A DNA stretch of 64,000 bases from Candidatus Eiseniibacteriota bacterium (GTDB lineage Bacteria; Eisenbacteria; RBG-16-71-46; JABDJR01), in the NCBI GenBank assembly GCA_963783375.1, contig CAWANH010000028.1, forward strand, positions 54,103 through 118,102. Direction: 5' to 3'. Every line of letters begins with the position of its first letter. Position 1 is the first letter of the stretch. Shown piece by piece: positions 35,729 to 44,387 of the stretch. The notes below the pieces were generated by a model. The model searched no databases. It was given only the letters and a program-made list of their open reading frames with translations, and was not told the origin of the DNA. The position numbers and the translations under genes are program-made.

Positions 35729-36751
35729 CTACCCCCCGGCGGCCACCCCGGGTTGCGCCCGCACCTCGGACCGGGGTTCGGCGACCCCTTCCCCGATGAG
35801 CGCCTCCGGCTCGACCAGGTCCCGCGGGAAGGCGGGCTCCTTCCCCAGCCGGTCGAGGCTCCGCACGACCCACTCCGGACGTCCCCAATCGCTCCAGCTC
35901 AGGCCCTCGAGACTGAACACCCCCAGGGCTTCCGGCGCCCGCTCCAGGACGTCGGTGCAAAAATTGGACGGAGCGGCCCGCCGGTAGACCCGGGCCAGGG
36001 CGGCTTCCTCCCGGAAGGTGCCCGCGGCGCGGGTGAGGTCCTCGAGGAGCGGCATGGCCCCGCGGAGAAACCGCCGTCCCAGATCCCAGTACGTCTCGAG
36101 ACGGGCGGTGAGGATGAGCGTGTTCCAGAGCGCGCCCCGGGCCAGGAGCCCGCGCGCCTCGGGCCGGTCCGGCTTCTCCCGGAAGGCGCCCACCGAGCGA
36201 AAGCGCAGCCCGTCCCCGGCCCGGGATACGTCGATCCCGGGAAGGATCCAGCCGAACTCGGTCTCGGGACGGTCGGCGGGGGCACCGGCGATCAGGACCC
36301 GGTCGGGCCGCCGGCGGGCCGCGGCGACGGCCCGCCGCATCAGGTCGGCGAACTGCGCCTCGGGGTGGACGAAGTGGTCCGAGGGATAGAGGGTCACCAC
36401 CGCCTCGGGATCCCGGGCCCGGATGAGGCTCAAGGCGGCATAGATCCCCAGCGAGGTGCCCCGGTCCACGGGCTGGGGAAGCAGGATGCCGGAGCCGCGG
36501 GCCTGGAACTGGTCGAGCGCCTCGGGAAGATGATGCCGGGCGATCACCGTGACCCGGCGCTCGGCCGCCGAGAGGGCGTCCGCGCGATCCAGGGTGTGTT
36601 GAAACATGGACCGTGATCCGGTGAAGCGACAATACTGTTTCGGGACCGGGCGCCCCATCCAGCGGAGCACCAGGGGCCTCATCCGCTTGCCCTCGCCGCC
36701 GGCGAGGACGATCGACCAGGCTCCGCCGGGTGAACCGGTCCCTGAATCCAT
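35729..36751 (-). CDS. Sugar-phosphate nucleotidyltransferase (mannose-1-phosphate guanylyltransferase-like)
   Basis: WSIVLAGGEGKRMRPL is the N-terminal NTP-transferase G-loop, with PSDHFV. About 340 aa. Confidence 0.85.
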   Translation of the reverse strand: MDSGTGSPGGAWSIVLAGGEGKRMRPLVLRWMGRPVPKQYCRFTGSRSMFQHTLDRADALSAAERRVTVIARHHLPEALDQFQARGSGILLPQPVDRGTSLGIYAALSLIRARDPEAVVTLYPSDHFVHPEAQFADLMRRAVAAARRRPDRVLIAGAPADRPETEFGWILPGIDVSRAGDGLRFRSVGAFREKPDRPEARGLLARGALWNTLILTARLETYWDLGRRFLRGAMPLLEDLTRAAGTFREEAALARVYRRAAPSNFCTDVLERAPEALGVFSLEGLSWSDWGRPEWVVRSLDRLGKEPAFPRDLVEPEALIGEGVAEPRSEVRAQPGVAAGG

Positions 36752-37141
36752 GCCGCACCTCCTCCTCGGGCGGACCGCCGTCCCGAGCGCGCAATGATTT
36801 GTTCAATCGAAGGAGATGAACCCATGACGGGGCGACGGCCGGGGAGGTTTGTCGCCCACCAGCAACGATACCGCTGCGGAGCCCCGGGGTTTCCCGAATA
36901 GTTGTCCACGGCGTCGATTGTCACGTGCCCGTGCGCCTTCGCGGGAGACGGCCGCTTGCCAGGCGGCGCACCGGGGCCTCGTCAGGCGAAGCGGACACCG
37001 GGAGCACGACCGGCCAGGTGGGAAGTCCGCCGAAATGCCCCCCCCCCTTGGACTTCGGCCCGGAGCCCGCCGGCCCGGTCTCCCCCCGGCCGCCGGTCCG
37101 GTTATCCTGTCCCCCGGGGACCGGTGCCTCCGATTCGGGAT

Positions 37142-37168
37142 TGAACGCCCGCGCCCCGCGAAGCGTCT
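37142..37168 (+). promoter_or_regulatory. ECF-type promoter candidate (TGAAC-N17-CGTCT) upstream of the ECF sigma gene
   Basis: TGAAC at 37142-37146 and CGTCT at 37164-37168, 52 nt before ATG 37220. This resembles GGAAC/CGT-type autoregulated ECF promoters. Confidence 0.3.
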
Positions 37169-37219
37169 TAACCCATGAGACGAGTAGGATCTCCTCAGGG
37201 GGGAGGCAGGTTGGATCCG

Positions 37220-37801
37220 ATGAGCGACGCCGAGCTGGTGGCCTTGAGTCAACAGGGTAACCTGCAGGCTTTCAACGATTTGGCCCACAGGTGGGACGGG
37301 AGCCTCTTCCGCTTCGCGCGACGGTCCCTGGGCGACGACGAGGAGGCGCGGGACGTCTGCCAGGAGGCGCTCACCAAGGCCTACCTGAACATCGGGCGCC
37401 TCCGCGATCCGGCCAAGTTCAAGTCCTGGGTGCACCACATCGCCATGAACCTCTGCCGGGACCGGTTCCGCTCCCCCCGGCACCGGGCGGTGAAGGCCGG
37501 CTACGAGGAGGGCGAGGCGGGGGAGATGCAGATGGTGGAGGCCATGGGGCACGCGCAGACCGGGGAGCGGGAGGAACGGCGGGTGCTCATGGGCCGGCTC
37601 CTGGAGGGGGTGATGGAGCGGCTCCCCGAGGAGCAGAAGACGGCCATCCTCCTCCGGGAGTACCAGGGGTTCACCTCCGAGGAGATCGGAGAGATCACCG
37701 GCGTCCCGGCCACCACCGTCCGGACCCGGATCTTCTACGGACTGAAGACGTTGCGAAAGGCCCTCAACGAACGGGGCATCACCTCCCTGGAGGGGCGGTG
37801 A
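37220..37801 (+). CDS. ECF-subfamily RNA polymerase sigma-70 factor
   Basis: Starts at ATG 37220 (MSDAELVALSQQGNLQAFNDL...). Region 2 is DVCQEALTKAY. Region 4 is LPEEQKTAILLREYQGFTSEEIGEITGVPATTVRTRIFYGLKTLR. Confidence 0.9.
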   Translation: MSDAELVALSQQGNLQAFNDLAHRWDGSLFRFARRSLGDDEEARDVCQEALTKAYLNIGRLRDPAKFKSWVHHIAMNLCRDRFRSPRHRAVKAGYEEGEAGEMQMVEAMGHAQTGEREERRVLMGRLLEGVMERLPEEQKTAILLREYQGFTSEEIGEITGVPATTVRTRIFYGLKTLRKALNERGITSLEGR

Positions 37802-37811
37802 GGAGGTCGGA

Positions 37812-38669
37812 ATGATGAGCGAACAAGGACTCGATCCCCGCATTCAGAAGCTCATGGCTTCACTCTACGGCGAGCTCACCGAGGAGGAGGAGCGCGAGTT
37901 CCAGGCGGTCCTGGCCGGGGACGAGGCGTTGCGCGCGGAGTGGGACGAGCTTCACGCCGCCCGCGCCTTCCTCAAGGAGTGGGATGCGGCGGAGCCGGAC
38001 CGGAGCTTCGTGTTCGTGGAGCCCGCCGGAACCCCGGTGTCCGCCCCTCGAGGCGGCGGCAGCTGGACCGGGTTGCGGCGACGGCTGGCGGGCCTCTTTC
38101 CTCCCCCGGCTTGGGGATTCGCCGGGGCCACCGCGGCCCTGGTGGTGCTGATCTTCGCCGGCTTCCGGGTGGACCGGGTGGAGAACGGCCTGGCCTTCCG
38201 ATTTGGATCCCCGACCGAGGTGTCGCGAACGGCGGAGATGGGATCGCCGGGCGGTACCCTCTCCGCTCCCGGAGACCCCACCGCGTACCCCAGGGTGGTG
38301 AGCCCCACCGGCGTGGGAGCCATCCCCGCCGCGGCGGCGGGGGGATACGTCACCCAGGATCAGCTCAACACCTACAACGCCCGGGTCCTGACCACCGTGT
38401 CCTCGCTCCTCGAGAACTTCGAGCAGAAGCGGAACGGCGAGCTGGCCTACGTGCTCCAGAGCTTCTACCAGGACCTCTCCAGCCGGCAGCTTCAGACCTA
38501 CGACGAGCTTCGCGGCCAGATCCAAGGGGTCGGGCTGGGACTCATGGCCGAGCAGACCAAGGCGAACGCCCGCCTGGAAAGCTTGGTCGGCCGCACCGAG
38601 GCACCGCAAACCGTGCCCGTGAGTCAAAGTCCCGAAAACAGTCAGAGAGGTGGAAACGAAGATGAGTAG
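37812..38669 (+). CDS. Anti-sigma factor (single TM), cognate to the ECF sigma
   Basis: AGGAGG RBS, with ATG 37812 lying 10 nt after the sigma stop. It has an N-terminal helical anti-sigma-like segment, a TM helix (GFAGATAALVVLIFAGF) and an extracytoplasmic C-terminus. Confidence 0.75.
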   Translation: MMSEQGLDPRIQKLMASLYGELTEEEEREFQAVLAGDEALRAEWDELHAARAFLKEWDAAEPDRSFVFVEPAGTPVSAPRGGGSWTGLRRRLAGLFPPPAWGFAGATAALVVLIFAGFRVDRVENGLAFRFGSPTEVSRTAEMGSPGGTLSAPGDPTAYPRVVSPTGVGAIPAAAAGGYVTQDQLNTYNARVLTTVSSLLENFEQKRNGELAYVLQSFYQDLSSRQLQTYDELRGQIQGVGLGLMAEQTKANARLESLVGRTEAPQTVPVSQSPENSQRGGNEDE

Positions 38670-39351
38670 CGAACTTACCCGCGAGGGAACGCTCCGGGCC
38701 GCGGTTCTCCCGGTGCTGATCGCAACCTTTTTGGGTCTCGGCGCGTCGTATGTGGAGGGGGCCGAATCGCCGATTCCCGACCGGCTCAAGCGTCAGGTCG
38801 GGGTGATGGAGAAGATCCTGGACGAGGTCCTGGTGGACAGCCCCAACCTCCTGGTCTACTCCCAGGCCGCCGCTCGCGGCGTGTATCTGAAGGAGTTCGG
38901 CGTGGTCTTCACCCTGGAGGCCTCCCTGGTCGAGAAGGGCAAGAAGGGGCAGAACTGGATCTTCGGCGGCTACAGCGTCAAGGAAGAGAACGGAAAGATC
39001 GTGGTCGAGCCGCCCTCCGACGACAAGGACAAGGACGGGGATGACGCAAAGAACCTCGTCCTCAACCTGAGGGACCTCCAGGAGAAGCAGACAAAGCGCG
39101 ACAAGGACCTATACGAGCAGGGAAAGTCCGAGCTGGTGAACTGCCTCGTGGACTACGGGGAGACCCTGACCGCTCTCGACGACGGGCAGTATGTGGCGGT
39201 GGCCGCGTTCCTCAAGGACAGCGATTACTTCCTGGACAACCGGATCTCGCGGTTGGTGCTCAAGGCCAAGATGAGCGATCTCAGGGCCTACGGCGCCAAG
39301 CGCATCTCGCGGGAAGAAATGGAATCGCGGTTGGTCGAAGAGGAGTACTGA
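38662..39351 (+). CDS. Exported protein, unknown function, ECF operon member
   Basis: ATG 38662 overlaps the anti-sigma stop. It has a signal/TM segment (AAVLPVLIATFLGLGASYVEG) and a Lys/Asp/Glu-rich body. Confidence 0.65.
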   Translation: MSSELTREGTLRAAVLPVLIATFLGLGASYVEGAESPIPDRLKRQVGVMEKILDEVLVDSPNLLVYSQAAARGVYLKEFGVVFTLEASLVEKGKKGQNWIFGGYSVKEENGKIVVEPPSDDKDKDGDDAKNLVLNLRDLQEKQTKRDKDLYEQGKSELVNCLVDYGETLTALDDGQYVAVAAFLKDSDYFLDNRISRLVLKAKMSDLRAYGAKRISREEMESRLVEEEY

Positions 39352-39411
39352 CCGCGGGCCGGAGCGGCCCGCTCGGGTGTCGAATCCAGATGGGCTTTGG
39401 GGGGGCGTTCG

Positions 39412-39810
39412 ATGTTGCAAGGCACGCGGCGCATCGCCGCGGCGACTGTCCTGGCCTCGGTCCTGGTCCTCCTCTGGACCTCGGCCGAGGCCCGGACGCA
39501 GCCCGCGGATCTATCCCGAGAATCCCTCTTTCCCTTTACGATCCTCGCCCTTCCCGGGGACCCCTTCGCTCACGCCCAGCCCGTTCTCGGCCACGACGCA
39601 GCCGATGAAGCCGCCCCCGCCGCCTCCCGGGGCCGGTTCCGCGCTCCCGCCCCCGATTCCACCGAAGGGGCGCCGGAAGCCGGTAGCTCCGGCACGGGAC
39701 ACACCACCGCCCGGCCGGCCGCCGGCTGGACGGGCGCGCTCGATCCCATCCTCTCCAAATCCCCCCGGTCATTCCTGTTCCCCTTCGGAGCCCCGCCGGA
39801 CGCCGGTTGA
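39412..39810 (+). CDS. Small exported Pro/Ala-rich protein, unknown function
   Basis: Starts at ATG 39412 (MLQGTRRIAAATVLASVLVLLWTSAEA, a signal). The composition is low-complexity, so coding status is less certain. Confidence 0.45.
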   Translation: MLQGTRRIAAATVLASVLVLLWTSAEARTQPADLSRESLFPFTILALPGDPFAHAQPVLGHDAADEAAPAASRGRFRAPAPDSTEGAPEAGSSGTGHTTARPAAGWTGALDPILSKSPRSFLFPFGAPPDAG

Positions 39811-40065
39811 AAGTCTGTTTCCCCCTTCCTGAATCAAGGCGTCGCGAGTCCTTCCTGAACGATTGAGCGACGCCTGGCGCGCAACCAAGCGACGGGGCCT
39901 CGGGTCAAACGGCGTGTGGGCCGGGAGCCGATTCGGCGCCCGTCATCGTGAAACCCGGGCCACCTCTCCCCCGTAGGTGAAGGCACGGGGGGGTCGACTT
40001 CCACATCGGCCGGCGACGGCCGCCGTGCTCCCCAACGAAACCGCCCTCTCGAGAGGAAGAGAATC

Positions 40066-41262
40066 ATGAAGCTCAAGAGCCGTCGGTTCGCCATTCTGGC
40101 CCTCGCCGCCGTCGTTCTCCTCGGCGGCGCATTCGTCGTCGCCCAGCGCATGAACGGGAAGACCGATGTGGCCCTGGCCGCGACCGATTCCACCGCGGTC
40201 GCGGATGCGGGGAAGAAGGACAAGAAGGGCGACAAGAAGGACGAGGAGAAGCCGGTTCCGGTGGAGACGGTGCTGACCACGGCACGGGACCTTCCCTCCA
40301 CCTTCAGCGCCACCGGATCCCTGGAGGCGCGGCGCCAGGTCGACATCGTCTCCAAGGCCCAGGGGCAGCTGGTGAAGCTGAACGTCGAGGAGGGCGACCG
40401 GGTTGCCGCCGGGCAGGTCCTTCTCGAACTGGATCATCGCGAGGAGGAGATCCGCCTCAAGGAATCCGCGGTCCAGGCGGAGACGGCGCGCCGGGAGATG
40501 GAGCGCCTGCAGGGGCTCCGCGACCGGGGACTGGGCTCCGATCGCGACTTCGAGCAGGCCCAGAAGAACGCCGAGGTGGCCCGCTTCGAGAGCGAGCTGG
40601 CCCAGGTGGACCTCGACAACAAGATCGTGAAGGCCCCGTTCTCCGGGCTCGTGAGCACCCGGTCGGTCCAGCTCGGGCAGACCGTGAACCCGGGGGAGAA
40701 GCTGGTCGGCCTGGCCGACGTCTCGCCCATGGAGATCAAGCTCTACCTCCCCGAGCAGGTGGTTCGGAAGCTCGGAACCGATCAGCCGGTGGAGATCCGT
40801 CCCGACGTGGCCCCCGACCAGGTTCTGACCGGGGACGTGGAGCGGATCGCCCCCACCGTCGACCCCTCCACCTCGACGGTGAAGGTGACGCTCAAGGTCC
40901 GGGAATCGGGGGGGACGGCCCGGGTCGGGAGCTTCGTGCGCGCCCGGATCACCACCGACGTCCACCGCGGCGCGGCATCGGTGCCCAAGAAGGCCCTGGT
41001 TCCCGAGGCGGGCGCGACCTATCTCTTCGTGGCCGAGGCCGACACCGTGCGCAAGGTCCCGGTGACCACCGGCTACGCCGACGATGAGTTCGTGGAGATC
41101 ACCGGCGGGGTGGACCTTGGAGACCGTGTGGTGACGGTGGGCCAGGGCGGGCTCCGCCAGGGAAGCAGGATCCGCGACCTCGCGAACGAACCCGAGCGGG
41201 CCAAGTCCGGGACCGGCAAGACCGAGCCCAAGGTGGACACCGCCCGGGCGGAGAACCGCTGA
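40066..41262 (+). CDS. RND efflux membrane fusion protein (periplasmic adaptor, HlyD/AcrA-like)
   Basis: Track ORF. It has a signal/TM segment, a lipoyl-like part (VKLNVEEGDRVAAGQVLLELD), a coiled-coil hairpin, and beta-barrel/MPD parts. Confidence 0.9.
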   Translation: MKLKSRRFAILALAAVVLLGGAFVVAQRMNGKTDVALAATDSTAVADAGKKDKKGDKKDEEKPVPVETVLTTARDLPSTFSATGSLEARRQVDIVSKAQGQLVKLNVEEGDRVAAGQVLLELDHREEEIRLKESAVQAETARREMERLQGLRDRGLGSDRDFEQAQKNAEVARFESELAQVDLDNKIVKAPFSGLVSTRSVQLGQTVNPGEKLVGLADVSPMEIKLYLPEQVVRKLGTDQPVEIRPDVAPDQVLTGDVERIAPTVDPSTSTVKVTLKVRESGGTARVGSFVRARITTDVHRGAASVPKKALVPEAGATYLFVAEADTVRKVPVTTGYADDEFVEITGGVDLGDRVVTVGQGGLRQGSRIRDLANEPERAKSGTGKTEPKVDTARAENR

Positions 41263-41264
41263 CC

Positions 41265-44200
41265 GTGCGCCCCCTCATCCAATACGCGGTCGAGCACCGG
41301 GTGACCATGCTGATGGTCACCGCGGCCGCGGTGCTCTTCGGGGTGGTGTCGTTGGGGCGGCTCCCGGTGCAGCTGCTCCCCGACATCAGCTATCCCACCC
41401 TCACCGTGCAGACCGAGTTTCCGGACTCCGCCCCCAGCGAGGTGGAGAACCTCATCACCCGTCCCCTGGAAGAGGCGGCGGGCGTGGTGCCGGGGCTCCG
41501 GCGTCTGAGCTCCACCAGCGAAGCCGGGGTGAGCGAGATCCGGCTGGAGTTCGGGTGGGGCACCGACATGGACTTCGCCGCGCTCGACGTGCGGGAGAAG
41601 CTCGACCTGGTGAATCTCCCCGACGAGGCCAAGACCCCGGCATTGCTTCGCTACGACCCCGCCCTGGACCCGGTGGTGCGGCTGGGGATCTCCGGCGGGG
41701 AGAATCCCATTCAGCTCCGCTACCTGGCCGAGCAGGTGGTGAAGAAGGAGCTGGAGTCGATGGGGGGCGTGGCCGCGGCCAAGGTGGTGGGCGGGCTCAC
41801 CGAAGAGATCCACGTGGACGTGGACGAGCACCGGTTGGCCGCCCTGGGACTTCCCATCAGCTCGGTCACCCAGGTGGTGGGATCGGAGAACGTGAACGCG
41901 GCCGGAGGGCGCCTTCGCGACCGTGACGCCGAGTACCTGATCCGCACCCTCAACCAGTACACCGGGGTGGAGGACATCGGGCAGACGGTGGTGCAGCGGG
42001 ACCGCGACCGCACGGTGAAGCTGTCCGACGTGGCCCAGGTGACCCGGGCCTACAAGGAACGCGAGATCGTGAGCCGCATCGACGGGAAGCCCGCGGTGGA
42101 GGTGGCGGTCTACAAGGAGGGGGACGCCAACATCGTGGATGTGGCCCGGCGGGTGCGGAACCGCGTCCCGGGTCTCCAGAAGATGCTCCCGGCGGGAACG
42201 CGGGTGCAGGTCCTCTCCGACCAGTCCACCTTCATCCGGGCCGCGGTGAACCAGGTCCGGTCCAACGCGCTGGTAGGGGGGTTGCTGGCCATTCTGGTCC
42301 TCCTGGCCTTCCTCCGCGACGTGCGGAGCACCGCGATCATCGCCCTGGCCATCCCGGCTTCCATCGTCACGACCTTCGTGCTCATGTACCGCCAGGGGAT
42401 CACCCTCAACGTCATGAGCCTGGGCGGGCTGGCGCTGGGGGTGGGCATGCTGGTGGACAACTCCATCGTGGTGTTGGAGAGCATCGTTCGCCATCGCCGC
42501 CTGGGCGGGAAGGATCGCGCGACCGCGGTGATCGACGGCACCGAGGAGGTGGGGCAGGCCATCACCGCCTCCACCCTCACCTCGATCGCCGTCTTCCTCC
42601 CCATCCTCTTCGTGCAAGGGGTGGCCCGTCAGATCTTCAAGGACCAGGCCCTGACCGTGACCTACGCCCTTCTGGTGAGCCTGGTGGTGGCGTTGACCCT
42701 TACCCCCATGCTGGCCGCCCTCGGGCGGGAGGGACGGAGCGGCCGGCCGTGGTGGAAGCGATTCGGCGGGAGCTCCCCCGCGAGCGACGGCGGCGAATCC
42801 ACTCCGGCGGGCCACGCGGCTCCGGCCCGGCCGGAGGCCGCCCCGGGTCGCGCCATGATCGCGCTCCGCTCCGGCTATCGCCGGGTGATCGAGGGGGCCC
42901 TGGACCATCGGGGACTGGTGGTGGCCTCGGTGGCCGCGCTCTTCGTGCTCTCGGTCCTGGGCGCCCGGCGGCTGGGCAGCGACCTCATCCCCCCCCTCTC
43001 CCAGGGAGAGCTTCGATTCGACGTCGAGCTCCCCGAGGGGACGCCGATCGAGCACACCGACCAGGTGGTCGGGCGGCTGGAGGACGCCCTGCGGGACGTT
43101 CCCCAGGTGGAAACGGTGTACAGCAACGTAGGGGTGGACGCGGGCGACGACGGCTCGCTCCGGAGCAAGAAGGAGAACCACGCCGAGCTGAACGTCCGGT
43201 TGGAGAGCGGGGCGGGAAGAGCCGGCGAGGCCGTCGCCCTGGAGGCCATCCGGGCCGAGTTCGCCCGGTTCCCCCACCTCACCGGCACCCTGCGCGACCA
43301 GACCGCTTTCAGCTTCAAGACCCCGGTGGAGGTGGAGATCTACGGCTACAACCTGGCCGATCTCGCCCAGGTCTCGGACCGGGTGGAGGAGGTGCTCCGG
43401 GGCATCCACGGCCTCCGGGACGTCACCACGTCGATGGAGCCCGGAAGCCCCGAGGTGGAGATCCGCTTCGACCGCGACAAGCTCAAGATGGCCGGCCTCG
43501 GGCTCCGGGAGGCCAGCGAGGCCCTCCGCACCAAGGTCCTGGGCAAGGTGGCGACCGATTTCAAGGAGCGAGACCGCCAGATCGACGTGCTGGTACGCAG
43601 CGCCGACGCCCGCGATCTTTCCTTCGACGAGCTCAACACCATGGTGGTGGGCGAGCGCAACGACCTTCCGGTCCGCCTCGCGTCGGTGGCCGCGGTGGCG
43701 GTGGAGCGCGGGCCGGCCCGCATCCAGCGCATCTCCCAGTCCCGGGCGGCCACGGTGAGCGCCAACCTCGAGGGCCGGGACCTGGGCGGGGTGAGCGGAG
43801 AGATCGAGAACGCGCTGGCCGCGATCCCCCTTCCCACCGACGTCACCCTCCAGCTCGCCGGACAGAACGAGGAGATGCAACAGAGCCTGCGGAGCCTGGT
43901 CTTCGCCGCCGCCCTGGCCATCTTCCTGGTCTACCTGGTCATGGCCAGCCAGTTCGAATCGCTCCTGAACCCGTTCCTCATCCTGTTCACCATGCCCATG
44001 GCGCTGATCGGGGTGGTGGCCGGTCTCACCCTGACCCAAACCGCGGTGAGCGTGGTGGTGATGATCGGGGCGATCATGCTGGCGGGGATCGTGGTGAACA
44101 ACGGCATCGTGCTCATGGATCTCATCAGCCAGCTCCGCCGCCGGGGCCTCGGCGTGCGGGCGGCGATCCTGGAGGCGGGCGAGGTGCGCCTCCGCCCCAT

Positions 44201-44384
44201 CCTCATGACCACCACCACCACCGTGCTCGGACTTCTTCCCCTGGCCCTGGGGAAGGGCGACGGGGGCGAGATCATGGCTCCCCTGGCGGTCACGGTGATC
44301 GGGGGGCTCCTCATGTCCACCCTCCTCACCCTGGTGGTGATCCCCGTCCTCTACAGTCTCGTTCACCGGGAAGCCCGGAGCTAG
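41265..44384 (+). CDS. RND family efflux permease (AcrB/MdtB-like), first of two
   Basis: GTG 41265 lies 2 nt after the MFP stop. The product is 1039 aa with a 12-TM AcrB architecture, including AIPASIVTTF, GLALGVGMLVDNSIVVLE and GAIMLAGIVVNNGIVL. Confidence 0.95.
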   Translation: MRPLIQYAVEHRVTMLMVTAAAVLFGVVSLGRLPVQLLPDISYPTLTVQTEFPDSAPSEVENLITRPLEEAAGVVPGLRRLSSTSEAGVSEIRLEFGWGTDMDFAALDVREKLDLVNLPDEAKTPALLRYDPALDPVVRLGISGGENPIQLRYLAEQVVKKELESMGGVAAAKVVGGLTEEIHVDVDEHRLAALGLPISSVTQVVGSENVNAAGGRLRDRDAEYLIRTLNQYTGVEDIGQTVVQRDRDRTVKLSDVAQVTRAYKEREIVSRIDGKPAVEVAVYKEGDANIVDVARRVRNRVPGLQKMLPAGTRVQVLSDQSTFIRAAVNQVRSNALVGGLLAILVLLAFLRDVRSTAIIALAIPASIVTTFVLMYRQGITLNVMSLGGLALGVGMLVDNSIVVLESIVRHRRLGGKDRATAVIDGTEEVGQAITASTLTSIAVFLPILFVQGVARQIFKDQALTVTYALLVSLVVALTLTPMLAALGREGRSGRPWWKRFGGSSPASDGGESTPAGHAAPARPEAAPGRAMIALRSGYRRVIEGALDHRGLVVASVAALFVLSVLGARRLGSDLIPPLSQGELRFDVELPEGTPIEHTDQVVGRLEDALRDVPQVETVYSNVGVDAGDDGSLRSKKENHAELNVRLESGAGRAGEAVALEAIRAEFARFPHLTGTLRDQTAFSFKTPVEVEIYGYNLADLAQVSDRVEEVLRGIHGLRDVTTSMEPGSPEVEIRFDRDKLKMAGLGLREASEALRTKVLGKVATDFKERDRQIDVLVRSADARDLSFDELNTMVVGERNDLPVRLASVAAVAVERGPARIQRISQSRAATVSANLEGRDLGGVSGEIENALAAIPLPTDVTLQLAGQNEEMQQSLRSLVFAAALAIFLVYLVMASQFESLLNPFLILFTMPMALIGVVAGLTLTQTAVSVVVMIGAIMLAGIVVNNGIVLMDLISQLRRRGLGVRAAILEAGEVRLRPILMTTTTTVLGLLPLALGKGDGGEIMAPLAVTVIGGLLMSTLLTLVVIPVLYSLVHREARS

Positions 44385-44387
44385 CTC

